Source: an uncultured Clostridia bacterium (GTDB taxonomy: Bacteria > Bacillota > Clostridia > Lachnospirales > CAG-274). Taken from it: a DNA stretch of 32,000 nucleotides. The notes under the pieces were generated by a model. That model had not been told where the DNA came from, ran no database searches, and saw only the letters and a program-made list of their open reading frames with translations. Positions 17,320 to 26,289 of the stretch are shown piece by piece. The stretch's first letter is position 1. Every line of letters starts with the position of its first letter. The position numbers and the translations under genes were made by a program. The stretch covers positions 9,068 through 41,067 of the forward strand of contig CALWSP010000015.1 in NCBI GenBank assembly GCA_944384235.1, given 5' to 3'.

Positions 17320-17970
17320 ATGAGTTATAAAAAAGAATTTATTAAGTTTATGTGTGAGGCAGGTGTTTTAACTTTTGGTGAGTTTACTTTAAAAAGCGGT
17401 AGAAAAGCACCTTATTTTATTAACACTGGAAACTACAAAACTGGCGAGCATATTGCAAAGTTAGGAAAGTTTTACGCTGAATGTATTAAAGAAAACAATG
17501 TTGAAGCTGATGTATTTTTTGGGCCAGCTTACAAGGGCATTCCTCTTGCTGTTTCTGCGGCTATTGCAGTTTACGAGGAAACTGGCAAGTCTGTAAACTA
17601 TGCTTTTAACAGAAAAGAAGCTAAAGACCACGGCGAGGGTGGCGTTATAGTTGGCCACAAGTTTAATGATGGCGACAAAGTTGCTGTTATTGAAGATGTT
17701 ATTACTGCAGGAACTGCTATTAGAGAAACTCTCCCTATTCTTAAAAACGCTGCTGATGTTAAGGTTGAATGTGTTATTATTTCAGTTGACAGAATGGAAA
17801 AGGGCAAGGGCGAAAAATCTGCTGTGCAGGAAGTTTATGATGAATTTGGCATCAAGGTTTACCCAATAGTTACAGTTTGTGACATTATTGAATGTATTGA
17901 AGATGGCACTATTGAAGGAAAGCAATATCTTGAGGCTATGAAAGAATATAGAAGAAATTATGGCATCTAA
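17320..17970 (+). CDS. pyrE: Orotate phosphoribosyltransferase
   Basis: GEFTLKSGRKAPYFINTGNYKTG...FFGPAYKGIPLAVSAAIAVYEETGKSVNYAFNRKEAKDHGEGGVIVGH...VAVIEDVITAGTAIRETLP. RBS ggaggt. Confidence 0.96.
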   Translation: MSYKKEFIKFMCEAGVLTFGEFTLKSGRKAPYFINTGNYKTGEHIAKLGKFYAECIKENNVEADVFFGPAYKGIPLAVSAAIAVYEETGKSVNYAFNRKEAKDHGEGGVIVGHKFNDGDKVAVIEDVITAGTAIRETLPILKNAADVKVECVIISVDRMEKGKGEKSAVQEVYDEFGIKVYPIVTVCDIIECIEDGTIEGKQYLEAMKEYRRNYGI

Positions 17971-18006
17971 TGGTATTTTATAGCTTTTATTACATAAATT
18001 TGTAAA

Positions 18007-18035
18007 TTGAAATTTGTTTAGTTGTAGGTTATAAT
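18007..18035 (+). promoter_or_regulatory. Sigma-A-like promoter for the stalk-domain protein
   Basis: TTGAAA (18007-18012), 17-nt spacer, TATAAT (18030-18035). Confidence 0.7.
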
Positions 18036-18070
18036 TATTATATTAAAATTTTATTGAAAGGTGTGATAAT

Positions 18071-20095
18071 ATGAAAAGAGTTTTAAGTGTGATTTTAGCA
18101 CTTTCTATACTATTATCTATGTCTGCTTTTTCTAGTGTAGCCTATGCTGCAGAGTATGTGGCAGTTTATTTAAACGAAAAGTTGATTGACTTTCCATCAA
18201 CTGACGCTAGGCCACAGATTATAAGCAACAGAACTTATGTGCCTGTTAGAAAGACTTGTGAAAGTTTAGGGCTTAGTATTGACTGGAACTCTAAGACTGA
18301 AACTATGACTTTAACTAGAGATGGTGTTACTATTGCCCACACAATGAGGTCTAAAATTGTTTATGTAAATGGCAATGCAGTTACTTTTGACACTCCATCT
18401 ATTAATGTGAACAACAGAATACTTATGCCAATTAGAATGATTGCTGAATCTATTGGAGCAACAGTTGAGTGGGACGACCCAACTAGAAGTGTTCACATTA
18501 CTACAAACAATAACAGTAATAACAACAATAACAACAGCAATATAAACAATGTTAATTTAGCTATTGTAAACTCTATTTCAGTTGAAAACAACACAGTGAA
18601 CAAAAACGAAAATGCTAAATTAAAGGTTATTTGTAGTGGCGACACAACATCTGTTAAGTTTGTTGACGCAAGCAACAACTCTAAAATTGATGTTATTTCT
18701 AAATATGTTCAAAACAGTGATGGCACAAGAACTTTTGAATATGATTACAAATGTGTTAATGAAACAAAGGAAAACATTATTGCAACTATTCAGGCTGTGC
18801 CAGGAATTGACTCTAATTTTAACGAAAACACATCTGCTTGTAAAAGTGTTAGTTTTATTATTTTAAACAAGGACAAGACTGAAGTAGATGCTGACGCAGA
18901 ATATGACTCTGATTATTTAATTAGTTGCAAATTAACTAATTCTAAAATTCAAACTGACGATTATGCAAAAGTTAAGGTTAAAACTACTTCTGATGTTAAG
19001 AAAGTTAAATTAGTTTCAACAGCAAACAACAAATCTGTTGTTATTAGCGACTATGACGAAGATAGTGACGGAAACAGGAACTTTAGCGGCAAAATAGCTA
19101 TGACTAAAGAGGGCAACTGGAGAGTTAATGTTTATTTATATGTTTCTGGCGACTATGAAGAAGAATTTGAGTCTTTAAAGGTTTCTGTTAGTGACGATTA
19201 TGATGATGACAGTAAGTCTAATGATTTAGAAATTATTGACCTTTGGACTAACAATTCTTATGCTTACAAGGGTTATGAGTCAACTCTTTATGTTAAGACA
19301 AGCACAGGTGTAGACTACATAGAGCTTTTAGCTGAGGACCAAGATGAGGGCGAAGGCAAGACTATGCAAACGCCTGATGAAAAATATTCAAATTACTATT
19401 ATTGGGAATTTGATTTTAATGTTAAGCACACTGGAGATATGAAGTTTAAACTTCTTGCCTTTGACGAGGACGGCGAAAAGGTTTCTGACAGTTTTACACT
19501 TGAAGGACGTAATGCTAGCAAAAACGAGCCAGCTGTTATTGAGGTAGACCAAAAAACTAACTCTTTAATTGAGGGAGAAACTTGTAAATTTAATGTTACT
19601 GTTACAGGTGGCGTTGACAGATTAAGAGTTACAAGAGGAACTAGCTCTGCAGTTTATGACGAAGAAATTAAGTCAACATCTTCAACAACTAGAACTTTAA
19701 CAATTGAGTTTGAGGTTGACGATGTGAACGAAGATTATTACTTTACTGCTTATGTAGGGGATAATTATGAAAGATTTAAGTTTAGATTAACTGGTGATGT
19801 TGAAGAAGAAATTAGAATTAACGATGTTAAAATTGAAAGCGACAAAATTAGTGAAGATGAAGATGTGGAATTAACTGTTACAACTTCTAACAGCGCTTAC
19901 AGAGTTTGGATAGAAGATAGCAGAGGAAAGCAAATTTCTAAAATTTACAAAACTCCTGACGAAGAAAAGAAAAACGAGCTTGTTTGGGACATTTCATTCT
20001 CACCTATTGAAGATGGCAGACAAACTTTTACTATTGTAGCTCAAGATGAAAACAAAAAGAATGATACTTGGGACTTTAGAGTAACAGTTAAATAA
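18071..20095 (+). CDS. Secreted copper-amine-oxidase-N ('stalk') domain protein with tandem beta-sandwich modules
   Basis: Signal peptide MKRVLSVILALSILLSMSAFSSVAYAA; CuAO-N motif VYLNEKLIDFPSTDARPQIISNRTYVPVRKTCESLGLSIDWNSKTETMTLTRDG...NRILMPIRMIAESIGATVEWDDPTRSVHI; Asn-rich linker; then repeating approx. 90-110-aa beta-rich units. Confidence 0.88.
   Translation: MKRVLSVILALSILLSMSAFSSVAYAAEYVAVYLNEKLIDFPSTDARPQIISNRTYVPVRKTCESLGLSIDWNSKTETMTLTRDGVTIAHTMRSKIVYVNGNAVTFDTPSINVNNRILMPIRMIAESIGATVEWDDPTRSVHITTNNNSNNNNNNSNINNVNLAIVNSISVENNTVNKNENAKLKVICSGDTTSVKFVDASNNSKIDVISKYVQNSDGTRTFEYDYKCVNETKENIIATIQAVPGIDSNFNENTSACKSVSFIILNKDKTEVDADAEYDSDYLISCKLTNSKIQTDDYAKVKVKTTSDVKKVKLVSTANNKSVVISDYDEDSDGNRNFSGKIAMTKEGNWRVNVYLYVSGDYEEEFESLKVSVSDDYDDDSKSNDLEIIDLWTNNSYAYKGYESTLYVKTSTGVDYIELLAEDQDEGEGKTMQTPDEKYSNYYYWEFDFNVKHTGDMKFKLLAFDEDGEKVSDSFTLEGRNASKNEPAVIEVDQKTNSLIEGETCKFNVTVTGGVDRLRVTRGTSSAVYDEEIKSTSSTTRTLTIEFEVDDVNEDYYFTAYVGDNYERFKFRLTGDVEEEIRINDVKIESDKISEDEDVELTVTTSNSAYRVWIEDSRGKQISKIYKTPDEEKKNELVWDISFSPIEDGRQTFTIVAQDENKKNDTWDFRVTVK
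18510..18549 (+). repeat. Low-complexity AAY (Asn) codon tract encoding an Asn-rich linker
   Basis: acaaacaataacagtaataacaacaataacaacagcaatataaac, encoding TNNNSNNNNNNSNINN. Confidence 0.85.
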
Positions 20096-20103
20096 GAGAT
20101 TTT

Positions 20104-20134
20104 AATACACCCTATTTTTAGGGTGTATTATTTT
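20104..20134 (+). terminator. Rho-independent terminator after the stalk-domain gene
   Basis: AATACACCC-TATTTTTA-GGGTGTATT-ATTTT. Confidence 0.8.
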
Positions 20135-20152
20135 ATATGGAGATTAAGAAAA

Positions 20153-20797
20153 ATGAAGAAAGTTATTTTATTTGATTTAGACGGAACTTTAGTTAATTCT
20201 TTAGAGGATTTATGTGACGCAACTAATTATATGTTAGAAAAACTTGGGTTTGAAAAAAGGACTATTAATGAAGTTCAATCATTTATTGGAAATGGAATTG
20301 ATATGCTAACAAGAAGAGCAGTTGGAAAAAAAGAATATGATTTTGATTTAGGTATGAAATATTTTAAAGAGTATTACAGCGAAAATATGTGCAACAAAAC
20401 TATGCCTTATGAGAATATAAATTTTGTTATTGACAAATTAAAGGACAATGGTTTTAAACTTGGCGTTGTTACAAACAAAACTCAAAAGCCAGCCGAGAAG
20501 GTTGTTAAAAATTATTTTGGGGACAAGTTTGATGTAGTTATTGGAACAGATTTAGAAAAGAGAAAGAAAAAGCCTGACGCTGAACCTATTGAGCTGGCTT
20601 TAAAAACTCTTGGTTTAGAGAAAAAAGATTGTATTTACATTGGAGATTCTGAGGTGGACATTCAAACTGCAAAAAATAGCCAAGTTGACTTTCTAGGAGT
20701 TACTTGGGGATATAGAAAAGAAGATGTTTTTAAGGACAAAGTGGATTTTGTTAACAAACCTGAGGAGATTATAACTTTTTGTTGCAATTTTTTATAA
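20153..20797 (+). CDS. HAD-family phosphatase, phosphoglycolate phosphatase-like
   Basis: VILFDLDGTLVNSLEDLCDATNYMLEKLG...LGVVTNKTQKPAEKV...GTDLEKRKKKPDAEPIELALKTLGLEKKDCIYIGDSEVDIQTAKNS. ATG at 20153 follows the ggag RBS. The track start at 20123 (GTG) lies inside the upstream terminator hairpin. Confidence 0.9.
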   Translation: MKKVILFDLDGTLVNSLEDLCDATNYMLEKLGFEKRTINEVQSFIGNGIDMLTRRAVGKKEYDFDLGMKYFKEYYSENMCNKTMPYENINFVIDKLKDNGFKLGVVTNKTQKPAEKVVKNYFGDKFDVVIGTDLEKRKKKPDAEPIELALKTLGLEKKDCIYIGDSEVDIQTAKNSQVDFLGVTWGYRKEDVFKDKVDFVNKPEEIITFCCNFL

Positions 20798-20844
20798 ATT
20801 TGATATAATTAGATTAAATAATTTTAAGAGCAGAGGTGTAGAAA

Positions 20845-22212
20845 ATGAATGATTTAAAGGTTTTAATACTTGCTGCAGGTCAAGGCACTAGAATGAAGTC
20901 TGATGTGCCAAAGGTTTTACATAGAGTATTAGATAAAACTATGTTAGGATATGTAATAGAAGCGTCTAAAGAGGCTGATGCAAAGGAAATTTGTGTTGTT
21001 GTTGGACATCAATCTGCAATGGTTAAAAACACAATAAAAGACATTTACGAGGATATTAGCTTTGCTGTGCAAAAAGAACAGTTAGGCACTGGCCACGCTG
21101 TTATGCAAGCTGGAGATTTTATTAAAAGCGGGAATATCTTAGTTCTTTGCGGCGACACGCCTTTAATTACAGCAGAAACTATTAAAAAACTTTGTGAAAA
21201 GCACGAAAATGAGGGAAACAGTGCTACTGTTGTGTCTATGGTTTTAGACAACCCAACAGGATATGGAAGAATTATTAGAGAAAACGACAATTTTAGCAAA
21301 ATTGTGGAGCAAAAAGACGCTGACAGCGAGCAAGCAAAAGTTAAAGAAGTAAACACAGGGGTTTATATTTTTAAGGCTGAAAAGTTATGTGAGGCTCTTA
21401 GTGGCCTTTCTAATGAAAACGCTCAAAATGAGTATTATTTAACTGATACCCTTGAAATTATTAAAAATAGTGGCGAGAAGATTGGCATTATGGTTGCTGA
21501 AGATGACAAAGAGTTTATGGGTGTAAACTCTAAGTTACATTTATCTTATGCTATAAAGGCTATGAAAGAAAGAATAAACACTAATTTAATGCTTGATGGC
21601 GTTACTATTATTGACCCAGAAAACACTTATATAGGAAAAGATGTTAAAATTGGGCCTGACACAATTATTTACCCTGGTTGTATGATTGAAGGAAAAACTG
21701 AAATTGGCGACAGTTGTATTATTGGACCTAATACTAGAATTAGTTCATCTTCTATTGACAACTGTGTTACAATTCAAATGAGTGTTTTATTAGATGCAAA
21801 GGTTAAAAGTTTTACAAGCGTTGGACCTTATGCTTATTTAAGGCCTAATAGCAACATTGGCGAGCATTGTAGAATAGGTGACTTTGTTGAGATTAAAAAC
21901 TCTAACATTGATGATGGAACAAAAGTTAGCCATTTAACTTATGTAGGTGATTCTGATGTTGGAAAGTGTGTAAACTTTGGTTGTGGCACTGTTACTGTAA
22001 ATTACGACGGTAAAAACAAGTTTAGATGTAAAATTGGAGATGAGGCTTTTATTGGTTGTAATTCAAACCTTGTAGCTCCTGTTGAAGTTGGCAAAAGAGC
22101 TTATACAGCTGCTGGTTCAACAATTACTAAAGACATTCCAGAAGACAGTTTAGCTATTGCTAGAAACAAGCAAGAAAACAAAAACGGCTGGAGAAAAAAG
22201 GTAAATAAGTAA
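20845..22212 (+). CDS. glmU: Bifunctional GlmU (N-acetylglucosamine-1-phosphate uridyltransferase / glucosamine-1-phosphate acetyltransferase)
   Basis: VLILAAGQGTRMKSDVPKVLHRVLDKTMLGYVIEA...C-terminal left-handed beta-helix hexapeptide repeats ...YLRPNSNIGEHCRIGDFVEIKNSNIDDGTKVSHLTYVGDSDVGKCVNFGCGTVTVNYDGKNKFRCKIGDEAFIGCNSNLVAPVEVG. Confidence 0.97.
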   Translation: MNDLKVLILAAGQGTRMKSDVPKVLHRVLDKTMLGYVIEASKEADAKEICVVVGHQSAMVKNTIKDIYEDISFAVQKEQLGTGHAVMQAGDFIKSGNILVLCGDTPLITAETIKKLCEKHENEGNSATVVSMVLDNPTGYGRIIRENDNFSKIVEQKDADSEQAKVKEVNTGVYIFKAEKLCEALSGLSNENAQNEYYLTDTLEIIKNSGEKIGIMVAEDDKEFMGVNSKLHLSYAIKAMKERINTNLMLDGVTIIDPENTYIGKDVKIGPDTIIYPGCMIEGKTEIGDSCIIGPNTRISSSSIDNCVTIQMSVLLDAKVKSFTSVGPYAYLRPNSNIGEHCRIGDFVEIKNSNIDDGTKVSHLTYVGDSDVGKCVNFGCGTVTVNYDGKNKFRCKIGDEAFIGCNSNLVAPVEVGKRAYTAAGSTITKDIPEDSLAIARNKQENKNGWRKKVNK

Positions 22213-22267
22213 GGGATTTTAGGGAATGTTGTTGCATTCCCTAAAAGTTTGTGTAGGTGGAAAAAAG

Positions 22268-23158
22268 ATGAGTGAAAAATTAAAGGGGCATTTATTAGCC
22301 TCTATTACTGTTGCAGTTTGGGGAACTACATTTATATCTACAAAGGTTTTATTAAATGTTTTTAACCCAGTTGAAATTTTATTTCTTAGATTTATTTTAG
22401 GGCTTATTGTTTTATATTTAATTTATCCTAAAAAATTGGAAACAAAAGGGCTTAAAGAAGAAAAGTTTTTTATTATAGCTGGGCTTTGTGGAGTTTGTTT
22501 ATATTATTTATTAGAAAACATTGCTTTAAGCTATACTTATGCTTCAAATGTGTCTGTTATTTTATCTGTTGCACCAATTTTTACGGCGATTTTATCTAAA
22601 ATTTATTTTAAGGACAATAGTTTAAAAATTAGCTTTTTTATTGGCTTTATTTTAGCTATTTTAGGCATTTGTTTAATTAGCTTTAATGGAGGGGAAGTTA
22701 GCTTTGGGCCAAAAGGCGACATACTTTCTATATTAGCGGCTATTACTTGGGCTATTTATTCAATTTGTACTCAAAAAATTGGTGAGTTTGGATACAACAC
22801 TATTCAATGTACAAGAAGAATTTTTATTTATGGCACTTTATTTATGTTGCCATCTCTTTTAATATATGATTTTAACATTAGTCTTAGCGACTTTTCAAAC
22901 ATAGCTGTTATTTTAAATTTATTATTTTTAGGTGTTGGAGCTTCTGCTATATGTTTTGTTACTTGGAATTTAGCTGTTAAATATATTGGGCCAGTTAAGG
23001 CAAGTGTATACATTTATGTTGCTCCTATTATTACTGTTGTTGTTGCTTTTCTTATTTTAGGGGAAAAAATGAGCAAGATGGCTATTTTAGGAACTGTATT
23101 GATTTTACTAGGTTTAATTGTTTCTGAAGGGAAATTTGACAAAATAAAGAAAAAATAA
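22268..23158 (+). CDS. EamA/DMT superfamily drug/metabolite transporter
   Basis: Two EamA repeats: AVWGTTFISTKVLLNVFNPVEILFLRFI... and ITWAIYSICTQKIG...; about 10 TM helices. The ATG at 22268 (MSEKLKGH) fits better than the track start at 22226. Confidence 0.9.
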   Translation: MSEKLKGHLLASITVAVWGTTFISTKVLLNVFNPVEILFLRFILGLIVLYLIYPKKLETKGLKEEKFFIIAGLCGVCLYYLLENIALSYTYASNVSVILSVAPIFTAILSKIYFKDNSLKISFFIGFILAILGICLISFNGGEVSFGPKGDILSILAAITWAIYSICTQKIGEFGYNTIQCTRRIFIYGTLFMLPSLLIYDFNISLSDFSNIAVILNLLFLGVGASAICFVTWNLAVKYIGPVKASVYIYVAPIITVVVAFLILGEKMSKMAILGTVLILLGLIVSEGKFDKIKKK

Positions 23159-23163
23159 GTTTT

Positions 23164-23190
23164 AGGCGTAACAAGGGTTACGCCTTTTTT
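23164..23190 (+). terminator. Rho-independent terminator before the glycan-export cluster
   Basis: AGGCGTAAC-AAGG-GTTACGCCT-TTTTT. Confidence 0.88.
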
Positions 23191-23278
23191 TGTGGATAAA
23201 AAAATAGTTTATTTTAGGGGAAAAATAGTGTATAATAATAAGTATATGAATTAAAAGTTAAGGTAGATTAGGAGAAGT

Positions 23279-24088
23279 TTGAAAATGTTTTTTAAAAATT
23301 TATATGATATATTTTTTGGTAGAAACAAAATGCTTATAAATTTAGCGTTAAATGACTTTAAAAACAAGTTTGCAGGCTCTTATTTTGGAATTATTTGGGC
23401 ATTTATTCAGCCAGTTTGCACAATTCTTGTTTTTTGGTTTGTTTTTCAATTTGGCTTTAGAAGCCAAGATGTTGGAGAGGTTCCATATATATTATGGTTT
23501 ATGACAGGCCTTATTCCTTGGTTTTTTTTCTCAGAGGCTTGGAACAGTTCAACTAGTGCTTTTGTGGAATATAGCTACTTAGTTAAAAAGGTTGTTTTTA
23601 AAATAAACATTTTGCCAATGATTAAAATTTTATCAGCTTTATTTGTGCATTTATTTTTTGTTTTATTTATGTTTATTTTTTATTTATGTTATGGAATTAA
23701 GTTAGATATTTATGCTTTACAGATTGTATATTATTCTATTTGTGTGATAGCTCTTGTGACTGTTTTAAGTTTTATTACTGCTCCGCTTGTGGTGTTTTTT
23801 AAGGATTTAACTCAAATTTTAAACATTATTTTACAGTTTGGTATGTGGCTTACGCCTATAATGTGGAACATTGAAACTATGGAAATAGCTGAAAGCACAA
23901 AGTTTTTATTTAAATTAAACCCTATGTATTACATTGTTCAGGGGTACAGAGATAGTTTGATTTACAAAAATATTTTTTATTACAACATTAAACAAACTAT
24001 CTATTTTTGGCTTTTAATTTTAATATTTGCTTTATTAGGCAAGTTTATTTACAAAAAATTAAAGCCTCATTTTGCAGATGTTTTATAA
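23279..24088 (+). CDS. Polysaccharide/teichoic-acid-type ABC exporter permease (Wzm/TagG-like)
   Basis: MLINLALNDFKNKFAGSYFGIIWAFIQPVCTILVFWFVFQFGFR...PYILWFMTGLIPWFFFSEAWNSSTSAFVEYSYLVKKVVF...LNPMYYIVQGYRDSL. TTG at 23279 or ATG at 23285. Confidence 0.93.
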   Translation: MKMFFKNLYDIFFGRNKMLINLALNDFKNKFAGSYFGIIWAFIQPVCTILVFWFVFQFGFRSQDVGEVPYILWFMTGLIPWFFFSEAWNSSTSAFVEYSYLVKKVVFKINILPMIKILSALFVHLFFVLFMFIFYLCYGIKLDIYALQIVYYSICVIALVTVLSFITAPLVVFFKDLTQILNIILQFGMWLTPIMWNIETMEIAESTKFLFKLNPMYYIVQGYRDSLIYKNIFYYNIKQTIYFWLLILIFALLGKFIYKKLKPHFADVL

Positions 24089-24100
24089 AGGAGTATGTTT

Positions 24101-25366
24101 ATGAATGATGTTTCTATAAAAGTTGAAAATGTTACAAAAGTATATAGGTTATATGAAAAGCCTATGGATAGATTAAAAGAAGCATTAAACCCTTTAAAAA
24201 AGTGTTACCACAAAGAACATTATGCTTTAAAAAATGTTTCTTTTGAAATTAAAAAGGGGGAAACAATTGGAATTATAGGCGTTAACGGAGCTGGAAAATC
24301 TACTTTATTAAAAATTATAACAGGTGTTTTAAACCCTAGCAGCGGAAATGTTTATGTAAATGGAAAAATATCTGCACTTTTAGAGCTTGGGGCTGGGTTT
24401 AACCCTGAATATACTGGTTTAGAAAACATTTATTTAAATGGAACTATGATGGGCTTTAGCAAAAGCGAAATAGATGAAAGGCTTGACAGCATTTTAAAAT
24501 TTGCTGACATTGGGGATTTTGTTCATCAGCCTGTTAAAACTTATTCAAGTGGTATGTTTGTTAGGCTTGCCTTTGCAGTTGCAATTAACATTGACCCTGA
24601 AATTTTAATTGTGGACGAAGCTCTTTCAGTGGGTGATGTTTTTTTTCAAGCTAAGTGCTACAAAAAATTTGATGAGTTTAAGAAAATGGGAAAAACAATT
24701 CTTTTAGTTAGCCACAGTTTAAACAGCATTTTAAAATATTGCGACAAGGTAGTTTTATTAAACCACGGCGAGAAACTTTCAGAGGGGAAAGCTCCTGAAA
24801 TGATTGACATATACAAAAAGTTACTTGTAAACCAATATGACAAGGAAGATAGCAAGGCTGAAAAAGAAGAAGTTAAAGAAATAGAAGAAGGGGAGCTTTA
24901 CAAGGACAAGCTAGTTTTAAACCCTATTATAAACAGCTATGGTAACAATATGGCTGAAATTTACGATTTTGCTGTTATTAACGATGATGGTGAGGTTACA
25001 AACCAAATAGATAAAGGCTCTATGTTTAAAATTAAAATGAAAGTTAAATTTAACAAAGATGTTTTTGACCCTATATTTGCCTTTACTATTGTGAACTTAC
25101 AAGGAACAGATGTGACTGGAACAAACACTATGATTGAAAATGTTATATTTGAAAACCCTAAAGCAAATGATGTTAAAGAAATTACTTTTACACAGAAAAT
25201 GGACATACAAGGCGGAGAATATCTTTTAAGCCTTGGTTGCACTGGTTATATTGACGGAGAATTTACAGTATACCACAGGCTTTATGAAGTTTGTAACATT
25301 ACTGTTATTTCTGAGAAAAATTCTGTTGGTTTTTTTGATATGAATAGTTTAGTTGAAGTGAAGTAA
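24101..25366 (+). CDS. Polysaccharide ABC exporter ATP-binding protein with extended C-terminal (Wzt-C-like) domain
   Basis: Walker A GVNGAGKSTLLKI, signature YSSGMFVRLAFAVAINIDPEILIVDEALSVGD. The roughly 170-aa C-terminal extension, after an acidic linker, has the pattern YGNNMAEIYDFAVINDDGEVTNQIDKG...GTNTMIE...GGEYLLSLGCTGYIDG...YHRLYEV, as expected of a Wzt C-terminal glycan-binding module. RBS aaggag supports the ATG at 24101. Confidence 0.93.
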   Translation: MNDVSIKVENVTKVYRLYEKPMDRLKEALNPLKKCYHKEHYALKNVSFEIKKGETIGIIGVNGAGKSTLLKIITGVLNPSSGNVYVNGKISALLELGAGFNPEYTGLENIYLNGTMMGFSKSEIDERLDSILKFADIGDFVHQPVKTYSSGMFVRLAFAVAINIDPEILIVDEALSVGDVFFQAKCYKKFDEFKKMGKTILLVSHSLNSILKYCDKVVLLNHGEKLSEGKAPEMIDIYKKLLVNQYDKEDSKAEKEEVKEIEEGELYKDKLVLNPIINSYGNNMAEIYDFAVINDDGEVTNQIDKGSMFKIKMKVKFNKDVFDPIFAFTIVNLQGTDVTGTNTMIENVIFENPKANDVKEITFTQKMDIQGGEYLLSLGCTGYIDGEFTVYHRLYEVCNITVISEKNSVGFFDMNSLVEVK

Positions 25367-25375
25367 GGTGAAAAA

Positions 25376-26287
25376 ATGGTTGAATATGTTGGAAAGGTAG
25401 AGCTTAATTTAGAAAACTACAAGGGCGTAGATTTATATAGCGACGGCATTGTAGAAGACGAAATATTAGAAATTGTTAAAAAATATGACAAGGATGATTT
25501 TGACAAGGTTATTAAAGAAAGATGCAAATGGCCAATTTATTATCATTTATCAGAAATAAGAGGAAATTGTGTAGAATGGCTTGACATTAGCAAAGATATG
25601 GACGTGCTTGAAATAGGTTCTGGTTGCGGGGCTATTACTGGCACTTTAGCAAAAAAAGCAAAAAGTGTTACTTGCATTGAGCTTTCTAAAAAAAGAAGTT
25701 TAATTAACGCTGAAAGAAACAAAGATTTAGACAACATTCAAATTGTTTTGGGGAATTTTAAAGACATTAAATTAGATAAAAAGTTTGATATTGTAACTCT
25801 TATAGGTGTTTTAGAATATTCTGAAAGTTACATTGGAGGCATTAACTCCTATGAAAAAATGATTAAAGCTAGTATGGAATATTTAAAGCCAAATGGAAAA
25901 CTTATTATTGCAATTGAAAACAAATTTGGCTTAAAATACTGGGCTGGTTGCAAAGAGGACCATATTGGAAAGTATTATGAGTCTATTGAAGGGTACAAAG
26001 AAACAACAGGTGTTAAGACTTTTACAAAAATTGAGTTTGAAAAAATGTTTAAAAATATGGGTATAGAAAAATATGAATTTTATTACCCATACCCAGACTA
26101 TAAATTTCCTTTAGCAATATATAGCGATGAGTTTTTGCCAGAAAAAGGCAGTTTAAATAGTAATTTGAAGAATTTTGACGATGATAGATTAATGACTTTT
26201 AATGAAAGTAGGGTATATGACACAATTATTGAAAACGGCTTATTTCCTTTATACTCTAATTCATTTATTATAACAATTGAGGGTTAA
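25376..26287 (+). CDS. Class I SAM-dependent methyltransferase
   Basis: Motif I DVLEIGSGCGAITGTLAKKAKSVTCIELSKKRSLINAERN; LNPNGKLIIAIENKFG-type post-motif (YLKPNGKLIIAIENKFGLKYWAG). Confidence 0.9.
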   Translation: MVEYVGKVELNLENYKGVDLYSDGIVEDEILEIVKKYDKDDFDKVIKERCKWPIYYHLSEIRGNCVEWLDISKDMDVLEIGSGCGAITGTLAKKAKSVTCIELSKKRSLINAERNKDLDNIQIVLGNFKDIKLDKKFDIVTLIGVLEYSESYIGGINSYEKMIKASMEYLKPNGKLIIAIENKFGLKYWAGCKEDHIGKYYESIEGYKETTGVKTFTKIEFEKMFKNMGIEKYEFYYPYPDYKFPLAIYSDEFLPEKGSLNSNLKNFDDDRLMTFNESRVYDTIIENGLFPLYSNSFIITIEG

Positions 26288-26289
26288 GT

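Noticed and set aside
17461-17869. Three overlapping small ORFs inside pyrE
   Set aside because: All shadow a full-length, motif-complete pyrE.
18510-18549. AAC/AAT-rich tract considered as a possible microsatellite, CRISPR-like or regulatory repeat
   Set aside because: It is in frame and encodes an Asn-rich protein linker. There is no repeat-spacer structure. It may still be slippage-prone, but that cannot be shown from one sequence.
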